Source: Nymphaea colorata
Lineage: Eukaryota
NCBI RefSeq assembly: GCF_008831285.2
Contig: NC_045138.2
Span: forward strand, 17,112,001 to 17,176,000
Direction: 5' to 3'
Length of the DNA stretch: 64,000 nucleotides
Positions 13,093-25,845 of the stretch are shown in pieces. The notes under the pieces are model-generated. The model searched no databases, had not been told where the DNA came from, and worked only from the letters and a program-made list of their open reading frames with translations. Each line of letters begins with the position of its first letter. Within the stretch, counting starts at the first letter, position 1. A program made the position numbers and the translations under genes.

Positions 13093-13724
13093 ATAGCGGC
13101 TTTGTCCGACGCGGTCATTGCCAAACACATTCAATTCTATAGCCAGGAATCTATCGCTCTGGTTGTTCAGAGCCAATGCAACCAAGATTTAGTACGTTAA
13201 AATTCCAGAGACAATCATGTGGATTTTTTTTTTTTTTTTGCTTCGTTTAGAGTTGCTATTCTAGTTAAACCCTGTTATAAATGGAAAACAATGTATTTTA
13301 ATTTAAATAATATATGCAGATGAAGAGAGTCAAAGTTTTGTTCTTGGTGTGATTATCACACTCTCCCTGCCGCTGAGACGTAAAATGCTTCATTTTGTAC
13401 ACATTGATATAAACCGAACTGATTACTTTAACGTGTACAAAGTAAAGCAGGTTACATCTCAACGGCAGCGAGAGTGGGATGATTACAAGAAGAACGAAAT
13501 TTAGACTCTCTTCATCTGCATATGTTATTTAAATTAATGTATACTCTTTTCTATTTATAACTAGGCTTAAGCAAAATAGCAACTCTGCATGAAGCAAAAA
13601 AGAATCTACAGGATTTTTGTCGAGAAATTTATCGTCCTGAATCATGGTTGCATTGGCACTCAACAACCAGAGCTAGAGATTCCTGGCATTGGAATTGAAT
13701 ATGTTTGGCAATGAAGCTGCCATG
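13093..13724 (+). repeat. Long inverted repeat A3 (paralog of A1/A2)
   Basis: TCATTGCCAAACACATTCAATTC pairs with GAATTGAATATGTTTGGCAATGA. TATGCAGATGAAGAGAGTC pairs with GACTCTCTTCATCTGCATA. Confidence 0.85.
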
Positions 13725-15378
13725 GTGGGGTTCTTTGGCTCCTATACAAATTTCGAAAATACTATTCGCTCTCAAAATTCTGGCTCTGCACTGGATATGT
13801 TCAGTACAGTGCTCTCATGAAAGAAGAGCTATCTGGCACTGTTATTTCCGTCAGTCTCGTGGGCATTTCTTTGTGTTTCCCCTCCGGCGCTTCAAAGCAC
13901 AACTCTGATCACAGGCAAACTCATTTAAGATGGGCGGAGAGAATACTGGGAGGAGGAAGAATGTCACAACTGTTCCATACATAAATGAAGTTACAATATC
14001 CTATGATTGAGTAGGTGAAAAATGAATAGGAACAATAAATTTATTCCGGCAAAGGACAAAATTAAACACCAAAAGAACATGGGAAAAAAAAAGTAAGAAT
14101 TGACAATTCGACAATAAAATTTAGAGTGGGTCATACTGAACGGACCAATTCAAGAATTTCCACAGGCCTGAAGAACATGGGCCTCTTTATCATTTTATGG
14201 TGGTGAACATTAATACACAATTATGGACATTCTCTTATTATTTCATTGGTTAAAATTTGTCAAAAGATTTTCATATATAACACATTAGAAATATTTTCAA
14301 TACAAACTAATTTGATTTTCTGCAGCATTACTTTGTGAAATGATTCACCTCCAACTCTGATGTTGGTAACATAGGTAGAGTCATCAATCCTCCTACTCCC
14401 TACATCCTCCTTTCAACACTCTTGCTTTTTCTGCTCCATTAATGGGAGGAACCAAGCTCCAGTAGAGCCAATTTTATAAACATCGAGGGGTATCGTTCCC
14501 CCACAAAAAGTGCAGGTTGACAGAAAAAATGTTGAACTTATTTAAACTTCTGACTAGTTTTAGTTGGTTTTCTTTCTATCATTTACCTAGAGTGAATGTT
14601 CTGTTAAGTTTAGACAACGCCGGAATTTAACATTGGAACATTGTGTGGCCGGATAATTTCAAGCTCAGTTGGGCAGTTTTCCTCTCCTTTCTTAGTCTGC
14701 CTGTTTATTGATCAAAAACCGACCAACTGCGGAGAAACGAAGGAAGAAACTAACCAACTGAGCTTGAAGCCTCCCACGGACTATCCCCTCCTCTATCGGC
14801 GACATCCTTGTCGTCGGTCCAGCCACACAATTTTTCAACGCGGAATTCCGACGTCTAAATTATGCTTCCATTAACGACCGACCGAAATTTCCGGCAACAC
14901 GTTGTGCGTCCTACAAGAATTTCAACATCGATAAGCCTACATAAAAATGCGGATGATCTATTCTTTTGTACCCATAATTGCTTTTTTTGAATGACGGTGA
15001 AGATCAGAGCGTTTATATACATCATAAACCAATGTAGTCTACATTTTGAAATGTTTTAAATTGTTTTTTTCTTATTTTTCAAATATTTTTCAATTTAGCA
15101 GATTTTTGTATTTGCAAAAGGTAAAATGAGAACCCAAATAACGGATTTTAACTTTAAGATCCTTATTTGTTGAACCATGAATTTAAGATCTGCCTTTTGC
15201 CACATCAATCACTAAAAGCACATGTTCTGCGTCAAACACTAAAACTAAAGCAAAAACCTCAAGCAAAAAAAAAAAAGAATACTCTTCTAGTTTATGAATC
15301 GCTTGGGGGCATGGGAAGCTAATCAAATCACAAAATTTTTCCTTTTCTTTGATCAGGAGGCTCTTTGGTCTTTCCAAG

Positions 15379-16347
15379 TAGGGCTGCACAAGGCGCCCAA
15401 CTACTTCAGGCTTAACTCGAACTCTTTCATAAAAACTTGGCTCCAGCTCCACTGATTTATAAAAAAAAAAGATGTCAAACTCGAAATTAAATTTATGTTT
15501 GAAATGTTAAACAAGTCGAATTTGAATGAATAAGTTATTTCATATTATTAAGTTTTTCTATATAAGACATTTGGATGTAGAATATTTTCCTTGGATTTTA
15601 TGTTACATAGTTGTTTATATTTGAATTAGTTAAAAAAAAACACTAGCTAAGCGAGTCGAGCCTGAGCTCCGTGTTTTTTCATCGAGAAGAGATCAACCTC
15701 CAATTTTTTTAGCCTCATTTTCAAACACCCAAAGACTCAGTTTGTGCTTGGGCTCGATCGCTGAGCTATGCATGTACAAGAAGTAGGGCTACACACGAGT
15801 CGAGCCCAAGCTTGGCTAGCTCGAGCTCGACTCGGCTCAAAAAACTCGAGCTCAATCTCAACTCGAACTCGAGTCGAGCTCCTTGTAGCAAGCTTAAGTT
15901 TGACTAAAGTACACAAAATCAAGCCCGAACTCAACTCGATCACCCCATAGCATGCTTGAACTCGACTTGACTACACAAAATCAAGCTCGAACTTGATTCA
16001 TTTAACCCATTTAACTTGTTACGGCGTTAAATCCTGTAACCATTAAATTGTTTAACTGGTATAAGTGTTTAACTCGTGTAACTTATGAAAATTTTTGTTT
16101 TTATCTTAAAAGTTAAAACCGGTAAACTGGTTTTGGTAATATTATATAGAATACTAATTTGCGAAGTCGAGTTGAGTTTAAATGAGTCGAGTTCCTGAAA
16201 CTCGAACTCGATTCATTTATTGTTTCGAGTATGTTTGTAAGCTCAAACTCAACTGGACCTGTTTATAACAGAGTCGAGCGCGAGCTTAGTTTTTTAGAGA
16301 GAGTTAGAGTATAGCTTAGTTGGGTTGCCTCATTATGCAGTGTGCTA
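15379..16347. mobile_element. hAT-like AGCTCG-repeat element (duplicate of 10045-10916)
   Basis: Starts TAGGGCTGCACAAGG. A second TAGGGCTACACACGAG start at ~15784 suggests nesting. Right end degenerate. Confidence 0.6.
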
Positions 16348-19300
16348 TTAATAACACAAATTAATTGCAGATATGGGTTTCCAATTGATGACTCAATTGC
16401 GATTCCACCTGGCGACGTATACGTCACCCGTCTCAAAAAACAAGACCGGACCTTCAAAGCGTAGGACTTTTGACTTCAAATTCAAATTCCCCAGTTATTA
16501 AGCCAGCCAGAACCATGGAATTCTTATCTTAGAGAGACAAATGAACAAATGTGACACTTTGAATTATTCAATTATCATGTGGAACAAACACTTTGAATTG
16601 TTCAATCGTCATGTGCAAAACGCACCCACTCTCTATTCCAATGGAAATGGTTTTTTCCATATAAGATGCCTCAAGTCATGTTGGCATTTTGGAGTTCAAT
16701 TTCATATGGACAACTAATTTATTTGCCAATCAACATCTGCGTTGCTTGCTTTCGTTGGAAAGTTCAAATTTTCCAATCGAATATTTGTCTACACGCACAA
16801 GAAAATACCATCAAAATTTTTGGTGTATATAAGTTTTTTGATATATGAGAAAAATGGAGTATGAAAAGTCGAATGATCCATGATAAAGCAGTATATGAGG
16901 AATATGAATCGATTTGAAAACTGAAACCAACATCGGTGCACCGTTGCTATCGCTGACACCGACGCAGTTCAGGACCCCGAAGGTAGGGAGAATGAGGGGG
17001 CCTTCGGGTCTTTTTTGAGCGGTAGGATTAATACCTCTCGCTCACTCAAAAATTCTCGGAACGCCAAAAAGTTGTTGTATAGATAAGATTTTTTTTTATA
17101 TAGGAGAAAAAAAAGAGTACGAAAAGTCAAGAGAGCAATTATAAGGCAGTATGAGGAATATGAATCGATTTGAAAACTAAAAGATCAGTGCTTGGAGAAA
17201 ACATGGTGTCTGCAAAATTCAAAAACCATGATGCTCTGTTAGTACCTCAAAAATCATCTCTTCTTCAAAAACAAGGAGCAATCCATGCACCTGTGTGACA
17301 CAAGCACTCGTGTCACTTTGCCTTCTAATTAATTTCAACGCCGACATCAAGATCCGATATTCTCGTTTTTTATATTTGTAGCGGCGGAGCCTTGAAAAAA
17401 ACCGGTGGCTGATGAGCGCCAGTATCTAAATAAATAAATAAATAAATGGCTAAACAAACAAACGGCGGTGTTGTAATAAGAAATTTGTGTGGGCCTATTT
17501 ATGCAATTGCCCACACAGCCAACATGGCCTCACTAGCCATTATTTGCATCAAAAAAAAATTATTTGTTTTTAAATCAAAGGAAAAACAGATGCTTGAATG
17601 GTAAGAACACAAAAAGCATCAACTTTAAAACAGAAAATTGTATGTTACCTTGTTTGATTTATGTCAGTGTTATGTTATTATTTTAAATAATAAAAATCAC
17701 AATTAAGCTTGGGCATCGAACCGGCCCGGCCTAACGCTTGACAAAGTTGGTTCAGATTGCCCCAAAGCCTTTGGCGGGAGCACAAACCTAGCCCGCTTAG
17801 TTATGGGGCTAGATTCGACCATCAACTTTATACCTATCAAGTATTCGATTCGATGCTTACCGTTATTAGAAACACTTAACATTTTATTTCTTAATATCTC
17901 AAAAACACACATCGATATATCAAGTGTTATGAAGAGAGTCATTAATAATAGCACACGAAAAGTTTTTAAAGAAGTCATATGGGCCGGTTGCCCACCCTTA
18001 ATTATTAAATTAAGATTTTTTGGGGGGAATGTTTAAGCTTTGGGGTGTAAGCAAAAAACTGAATACTTTTGTGTTTGATCTGAATTATCCGGGAACAGAA
18101 GCCGTTTGTGTATCAAATAGGAGTCTGGGACGCAGTGTGCATGTAAAAATTGGGGTAGAACAGATGACAGGCTGACGGTGGATCTGCCGCTGCTAAATCA
18201 GAAAAACGGACTGGATGAGAATCGAGATCCCACTCGGTTGGACCCGAACCGTATCCGATGTATGCAGATGGTAGATGCATGCCCGGATGGTGAAGATGAC
18301 CATCTCTCATCATCACATGCATCGAGGTGGCGTGTCCAGAAGAGGGAACCAACCGCAAAAAGTGGGGCGGCAGATCTCTCTCTCTCTCTACGCACGTGAC
18401 GACATCGTCCGCCTCATCCCCGAAAGCGACGGTCCCTTCCGCCGCTGGGGCACGTGTCGAGAGGACGTGCAGGAGAAGAGGAGGACCCAGGCGTAGGCGA
18501 GGAACGCGCGGGCCCAGCGGGGTGAAGTAGTCAAAGAAACTAAGGGGGGGCAGGTGCGGGGCCCGGCGCCTGACCGGGACGTGAACTTTGGCGGCAACTT
18601 CCACAAATCCCCCTTCCGCCCGCCACCGCCGCGGATCCGACGGCTGCCGTCCGCCTCCCGCCGCGATCGTCCGGCCGAAAAGGACGCGCTCCCTCAACTT
18701 TTTTTCCTGCCCCGCCACATGTGCCGGCTCTGCCGCCGCGGGGCCCACGCCGGCCGCTGTTTATTCGCTTTCAAAGTCCGTATACGGCGCTGTGGGCGGC
18801 AGTGCCTCCCTCCCCCTCTTTAACTCTCCCGTCTCTTTCCCTCTGTCCTGCCCTCCCGGTCGTGGACGCCCGTGGCCCTCTCCGGCCGCTACGCCTCCTT
18901 TCTCGCCACGATTCGGTCCGACTACAACCGGGTGACGTAGATTGGAGACTGGACTTTGAGACTTCTTGGTTGAACGAGGTCGCCGGTTCGACGCAGTCGG
19001 TACACGAAGCCCGAGTGTGATCAACGGTAGGAAGAGTTTGTAAGGTGCGGCAACCTGATTTACCACTTCATAGTAGTTCGAGTCTTTAGCAGCAGTTCTG
19101 GTTTTCTGAACCCTAGTCCACTCGTATGGCGACAAATTAACGTATTATTCTTCATACTATGACAAATCAATGTATTATTCCTTCATATAATTTCCTAAAA
19201 TCTTTGATATTGATTGAAATATTATACAGTTATATCGTTTTGGATCGGAACGCATTTAAGATCAGGGATTGAAGAAGAAGGAAAATTTGAGCAATCGGGG

Positions 19301-20773
19301 CAGCAACGGGTGGGACCGATCGATCCCGACTCGGACGGAGCTTATCGGAGAAAGTCGGGACGCGTGGACACCCACCCACGACCGAGTCAAAGCTGACCAG
19401 ACCGCGTCCGGGCGGTACGGGAGGTCGGCAGCAAAGACTTGCCCGGGAAGGACAGGACGGTCACTTCGTCAGTTCCCCGCCCAAAAAAAGGGGCCGCACT
19501 CGGGGAGACACCACGGTAATTCGAGAAAACGGACAGGGGCATAAGAGGGACCACGAATAACCTCTCCGCCTTTTCCTCGACAACGCCGTCTACGACGGGG
19601 ACGCAATAAAAGAACCACGTCTTTTTCCTTTTTACCTTTTTGCCCTTTCCCTTTGTTTTCTCGCGTGCGTTTTCCTTTTGTCTTTGCTTTTTTTTCTTCA
19701 TCGCAAGCAAAGGGAACACACCGCTTCCTCTCAAACGATAATTTTGCTTTTATGTTTTCGGCGTGTGGTCCTCCGCCGGATGTTTTTCAATTTAAATAAT
19801 TTAATCGAACCTGTTTTATTCGCATTAGAAAGGAGCCGATATTTTCTCGAGAATTTTCAACCAGAAATTTTTGAGGCGGCAGCCGGCGAGCGTGGTCCCT
19901 TGCAATGATTTTCCTCTTTGTTAATTACAAGAAATGCGGTGGTGGTGGTACACTCGCTCGGTCTCGCTTAATTAGGTTCTTCCACTTTCGGGCCTGACCG
20001 GAGATTGTCTCTCTAATAATTTTGAGCTGCTTTATTGCTTGATTAGTGTGAGATTTTGCTTTTCAAGTCAAACCGATCAAGAAGATGCGTTTGATTTTTT
20101 CTTCCCCATCAACTTTTTAATGCAATCATCGCCTGAAAATCACGTAGAAAAATATGAACACACTAAAAAAGCTTCACATGTGATGAACGCGATCAACGAA
20201 TCTGAGCGACCCAACCATTGAACGGAAAAGACTGGCCGGTACGTGGACGACGTGCGGGTCATACTCTGAGAGAGAGATGAACCACACACACACGCCGACC
20301 GAAGAGTTCTCGAGCAGACTCTGCAACGAATGACGAGATCTTTTGCTCCTTTCCTTTCCGGAAAGATCTGAAGACAACAGTGCTCTCTTCTCGGAAACCC
20401 CGATCTCGATGTTAACCCCCACAGAGAGAGACGGAGGAGGGAAACTGCGTGCCACGGGGTTGTACTATTAGGAGAGAGCGAGAGATACCAATTCGTTAAT
20501 GGCGGACGAAACCAAAGCAGGAGAGGCAGCAGCCGCCCGGACGTGAACGAACTTTTCGCGTTTTTACGAGAGAGCAGAAGGAAGTGAAAAAACTGTCCAT
20601 GGTTCCTTGATAATTACGCCCTTTAAAAATATATTTACACCACCGAGCGCAACGCAGGAAAAAAAATTACAGAAAAAGGAAAAACCTCTAAGGGTGAAGA
20701 ACAAAGGCAGAACGAAACAACCGGTGAAAGGGAAAAAGGAAAAGGCAAAAAAGAAAGGGAGGAAGACGATCTC

Positions 20774-21349
20774 TCAGACGAGGGGAGGAGGAAGGTTGAG
20801 GTCGAAGAGGAAAGGCCGCTTCTCCTTCGCCTTCCCGTCGTCGCCCTTCCCCACCTCGAACCGGAACTCCGGCGCCTTCCCCGATATGACCACCAACGGT
20901 GCAGCCGACGCCGGCCCCAGCCCACCGTAGACGTCACGCGACCTCACTCCGTAAAACGCCCGCCATTGTTGCTCCAGCTGCTCGACCGACGCCGCCGCCG
21001 CTACTGCTGCCGCCCTCGCTGGGGGCTCCGGCGATCCGCCCTCGTCGCCAGCGACCGCGAAGTTCGTCTTGGCCTTGGGACCGCGGAGGTTGCGGGCGGC
21101 GTTGTCGTAGGCCCGCGCCGCCTCCTCCGCGGTGTCGAAGGTCCCGAGCCACTTGCGCGTCTTCTTCCACGGGTCCCTGATCTCCGCCGCGAACCGCCCC
21201 CACGGGCGCTTCCGAACGCCGCGGAAGTGCGTCTCCTTGGCCGCCACAGGAGGTGCCACGGCAGGAACCGGAACAGGGACGTCCTTCTCCGGCGCCATCG
21301 CCCTCCCGACCCCGGAGTCCTTCAGCATGTGGAGCGTGTCCACCGCCAT
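20774..21349 (-). CDS. ERF: AP2/ERF transcription factor, EAR-motif repressor (group VIII, ERF3/ERF4-like), intronless, 191 aa
   Basis: AP2 domain [57 protein letters not shown] and C-terminal EAR motif FDLNLPP. First ATG at 21349 in good context (GCCATGG); 576 nt to the stop. Confidence 0.95.
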   Translation of the reverse strand: MAVDTLHMLKDSGVGRAMAPEKDVPVPVPAVAPPVAAKETHFRGVRKRPWGRFAAEIRDPWKKTRKWLGTFDTAEEAARAYDNAARNLRGPKAKTNFAVAGDEGGSPEPPARAAAVAAAASVEQLEQQWRAFYGVRSRDVYGGLGPASAAPLVVISGKAPEFRFEVGKGDDGKAKEKRPFLFDLNLPPPLV

Positions 21350-21535
21350 GGCTAAAGAAACAAAGCCAGCAAACCCTGACCGGTGAAGAACCAACCCGCC
21401 CTCTCCTCCTTCTCTCTCTACTGGTCTTAGAGAGAGAAAGAGAAATCCTTCCGATATCTTTTAGAGAGAGAGGAGGGTATCTTGAGAGAGAGAGAAAGTC
21501 AGTCACGTAGCGAGAGGAGTGGGCGGCCAACCATA

Positions 21536-21543
21536 TATTTATA
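21536..21543 (-). promoter_or_regulatory. TATA box of ERF gene
   Basis: TATAAATA on the minus strand ~190 nt upstream of the ATG, followed by a CT/GA-rich 5' UTR. Confidence 0.7.
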
Positions 21544-24500
21544 GCCCAAACCCGCGGTTTACGCTTTGCCCGACAGGGCAAATTTACTTTTTCACCGCCC
21601 ACACCACCGCCCCTCTCTCTCTACAATTCTCTCTGATCTACCTATTCTCTCTCTAAGACCCCCATCTACTCTTTCTCTCTCTAAGGAAGAGCATGTATGC
21701 ATGCCATGATGGCGATGCAAGCATGATGTGGGCACATGGATGCCCATAGCATGCATGTGCACACGGCAAAATCTATCCTTTTCATCTTCTCCCCTTTTGT
21801 TCTTCTTGACATCCGGTTCCATGGAGTCATGTTGGGTTTTTCTTTTCTTTTTTTTTGAAAAAAAAAAAGAAAAAAAAGAAACGCCAGTGAGGATATTGAC
21901 TCGGTCAAGTCTTGGCCTAGATGGCATCGTTGACTGATCTCTTTGACTCCTGCTCGGTCCGGTGGTTGGCTCACTCGCCGAGCCATGCCCATGGTTTAGC
22001 TATTCCGTTTGTAGCCACAGTTCTAAAACTGAATCCAAATCTAGCATCTGACTTGTGGAAGAAGTAATAGGAACACTGGATCCCACTCCAATCCCTTTAA
22101 AACAGTAAAAAACTTACACCATACAGCCGAGGAAAAAAAAAAAAAAAGGAACTTGTTTTTTGTCAGCAAGCAGAAGGACACAGGCAATCAGTCACTCAAC
22201 TTCTCAAATTGAAAAAGTCATAAACAACAAAAATAGTGATGCTCGTAGCACTTTTTAAAGGGAAAACGAGAGTCAGGTTTGATCTTTTACGCAAATATCT
22301 ATAGCGGTGCATTATGAAATGCTTATTGAATAATACATTTTAATACTTTTTTAGATTACTCCAGTACAAGAAATAGATCGATTAAATATTTCACCGCCAA
22401 CAAGAATAGTTGATGACTGATTAAATGATCTTTTTTTGTTAAAAATATATCCCTAGCTTGATTCTAAGCATAAGCATAGCAAATATAATTATTTTGATAA
22501 AGCTGAAATTATAAGATTATCGGTGTATAGTTCTTAGTTTTATGATAAGGTCACAATGATATATATATTTAAGTCCCGCAGAAAATGAGAACCCTGAATA
22601 ACTATTTTGTGCCATCTGATCAATCTAGCCAATTGCCATTGAGTAGTTATCTTGCTATATATATATATGTATACATAATATATAATTGGTAGGTAAAAAA
22701 CCCATGGTATAAGATCCATATGGATTCATGTTAGTCATTGATTGTTGCAAGATGGATGGTTGAGAGAAAATTAAGAAGAAAAGAGCCGTGCTTTCATCAA
22801 CAAAGCACTTTATTAACTACATGTATAGGATTTGATTTGGCCAAACGCATATCGAATGAACCGCATGGTTATAAACGGGAGGAACTAAATACGTTTAAAG
22901 TTACTTTTAAGCTGCTCTAAATATCAATCTCCCGCTTAAGTTGGGCAGGGGATATATTCCTTTGCATCTAAAGTTTTAGATATTCCCCTCAATTTCTTCA
23001 TTCTTCTAATCTTTCGTGCTTTAAAAATCCGCGGTCTTAATGGCACCTGCCTAAATTAGAAACTTTGAATTCATGAATTTGGTCATGTTTCTTCTCGGTG
23101 CACGAACATGCTTGTTTAAAAAGTATATATATATATATTCTGATTCTTTTCTAATGACGGTAGAAGCTCAAAGAAGTTTTGCAGTTTTTTAATTTCTGCC
23201 GTAAACTTTGGGAAACTGAAAATTGAAAAAACAAGTAGGGTTAGTTTTTAGATTATAAAAGATGTGTTTTTATTAAAGCCGTAAAAAAAGGGGGGAAAGA
23301 AACTGACGCAGTTGGTCTTACACGCAGCTGCTGCTAGGGTTCTTTATACCCTAGTTGGAGACCAGGCCCTAGGCCCCGAACCAGTCAGCGTTTGACCAAC
23401 TTTTCTTTCAATTCCATTTGAGTGCCCCAAAAACATGTAAAAAATAGAAGATCAAACAGTTACTCAGTTATGTTATGAACCTCGCAAGACACAACTCTGA
23501 CGGAAGACACCCCCGTTCACCACAACTTTGCCAGAAACCACTTGTACTTTGCGATTAGAATAGGGATCTTAAATGGTTAAAACGGAAGCCCGGTGGCAAT
23601 GCGCAATAAAAGATGATCTAGGCATCTTCGAGCAATTCCATTTAAAGAAGAGACTGCCATTCGGGGAGGGGACCGATCCCTTCCCAGCGACCAAGGCTAG
23701 TTGCCTTCATTTATTTTATAAGAATTTCAATTAAACAAAAAAAGAAAAAGATGATGATGATGGCCCATAGCGGATGGATCATGGATGCCAGCCAGAGGCA
23801 TGAGCATGTGGTCCTGGTACGGACACCCTGTTGGAGGCGATGATGTGATGCACTTTCGTCATCAACGAATTGACACGTCGACGAGGAAAGTGAAACGATT
23901 AAACTATAGAAGGCAGGGAATCTCGTCCGCCGTGCCGTGCTCGCGGACGGCAGGAACGGGTCCGGTTACCCGAATCCGGAAAAAAAAGGGTCCGAGCATC
24001 CGTCGAGTCCAGTGTAAGGTCAAAGACCCAAAAGGCAACGAATCAGTCGCACCCGAATCAAATCCGTCTGGAAGCAGGAGCCCACCGACCACGCAGCGGC
24101 AGAACCCAGACTGGGGCGCGGAGCACGAGACCCTGCCTAACCTTTACGGCTAGCGGGCGCGGGCTTCTTCGGCGCCGTTAGTTGGCGTCAAGGGGCGGAC
24201 CACCGCGGGGATGCTAACGGTGACGGCGGGCGGTCGGGGAGACTCCGTTAAGGAGAGGGGAAAAGGGAGGTGGCGTGAATGTTGGGGGAGATAGGGGCAA
24301 GGGAGGGGGCGCGCCGCGGCAGCGGAGACGTGTCGAAACGTGTCCCGAGGAGAGAGAGAGAGAGAGAGGGGTGGGGCCCGGTGGGGAGTACGCCAACGCC
24401 TACTCGGGGGGATGCCGTGATCGCCGCGCGCTGTCCGCCGCGTGTAGATACGAGGCATGAAGGCCGCGGGTCCCACCCCCCCCTTCTTCCCTGCCGCCGC

Positions 24501-25739
24501 TCCTGCGGGCCCCACCATGCCTCTGCCGCCGGCCATTACTTCCTTTCCTCTTTTGCCCCCACCTTTCTCCTTCATCCCGAAACTGCCCCTCCCGGTCGCT
24601 GAATGAATCCCGTTCGGCCGGTTCGAACAGCGGTGTTTTAGGGTGGGGGAGAGGTAACGTCCGACTCGGGCCGATACGCAAAGGTGGAAGGGATAAGGAG
24701 GTGGGGGCATGATGGTAATTGGGTGGTGGAATGATTGGGCGGAGCACGTGCGAATGCACGTGTGCGGGTCAGATGGATGGCACACACGCATGGAGGGAGA
24801 AGAAGGGCGGGCCCCGCAATGATCCTTTTCCTTTTCTTTTTTTTTTTAATTGTTTTCTTTCTTTTTGTCGTGATGTGGGGGGGAAAAGGGGCGAGGGGCT
24901 GCAATGCCGGGTGGTGCAAGTTTTTACTCGTTTGCTTGCGCACTACGCCGAACCCCTCTGATAACGTATCCTCTTTTTTTTTTTTTTTTTTTTGACGCAA
25001 TAAATAGGTCACACTGCATTAACCCCATGCCCCCACACTTTTATATATTTTCTGATCAGGGGCTTACGACTTCAAATAATTATTCTTAACGTGCTAAACA
25101 TTGTGATTGCCTCCCAAACAACCGCTTTTATTGAGAAATGAGAAACCGCTTTATAAATAAAGATAGAACTGAGTTATAATAGAGAGTAGGCGCTGCAGTG
25201 ATTGGAGGGAAACATAGCTGCTTGTTGGTTCCCTATGCCGGACACTATTTAATGGCGCAGACGAAGACAAGGTGGACCCATGGTACACTTGATAAGCTTG
25301 AGAAAGGGAACCGAGAGATTGAATGAGTCCTCTTCTTCATCTCTTATAGGTAAAACTCGTATCTTTGCTTCAACCGTCTCTTTTGAGACATCCGATAAAA
25401 TTGTAATAATATTGTTCCTTTAACTATTAGCATTCACTAGGCTCATTGGCGCGGGCCAAATGCAAAAAAAAAAAAATCAAACAATGATAGAATAATATTT
25501 TTTAAATTTATACAAGTGCAAAACAATATTATTTAGACTTTTTAAGTAAATATAAGTATAATTTTTTTTTCAAAAATGTGAAAAGAGAGGGTGGGGGGCG
25601 CATGGCCCCTGATGCCTCCCCTTCCCTCTAACCCTTTCAATTAAGACAGTCTTGACATGCAAATATGTCAAAAGTTAAGCTGCCCTTTGTAAACTCCTCT
25701 AGATAGATTCAGTCTTGCCTAAGGAAACATATTCTAGGT

Positions 25740-25845
25740 GTCAAAGTCAAATTCTCTCTCTTATATGTGTGTGTGAATACGTCAAAAGCCAAATTCTCTC
25801 TCTCTTATATGTGTGTGTATATACGTCAAAATCCAAATTCTCTCT
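25740..25845. repeat. ~42-bp tandem repeat (about 2.5 copies)
   Basis: GTCAAA..CAAATTCTCTCTC..TTATATGTGTGTGT repeated at ~25740, ~25781 and ~25825. Confidence 0.75.

Larger units (their letters stand above)
12487..18001. repeat. Tandem segmental duplication, unit 2 (~5.5 kb; lacks unit-1 segment ~5932-7380)
   Basis: See unit 1. At ~12820 the sequence jumps from the ...ATAGGTAAC match (5931) directly to TGACAAAGAATATTAAACACC (match to 7382). Confidence 0.9.

Noticed and set aside
10045..16347. Regularly recurring GAGCTCG/ACTCGA motifs as a CRISPR-like array
   Set aside because: Irregular spacing and short degenerate motifs bounded by TIR-like ends; these are subterminal repeats of a plant DNA transposon and no cas genes are present.
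18113..24791. Numerous long overlapping ORFs in the GC-rich islands and antisense/alternate frames of the ERF
   Set aside because: Expected from stop-codon depletion at high GC; no recognisable domains other than the ERF frame.
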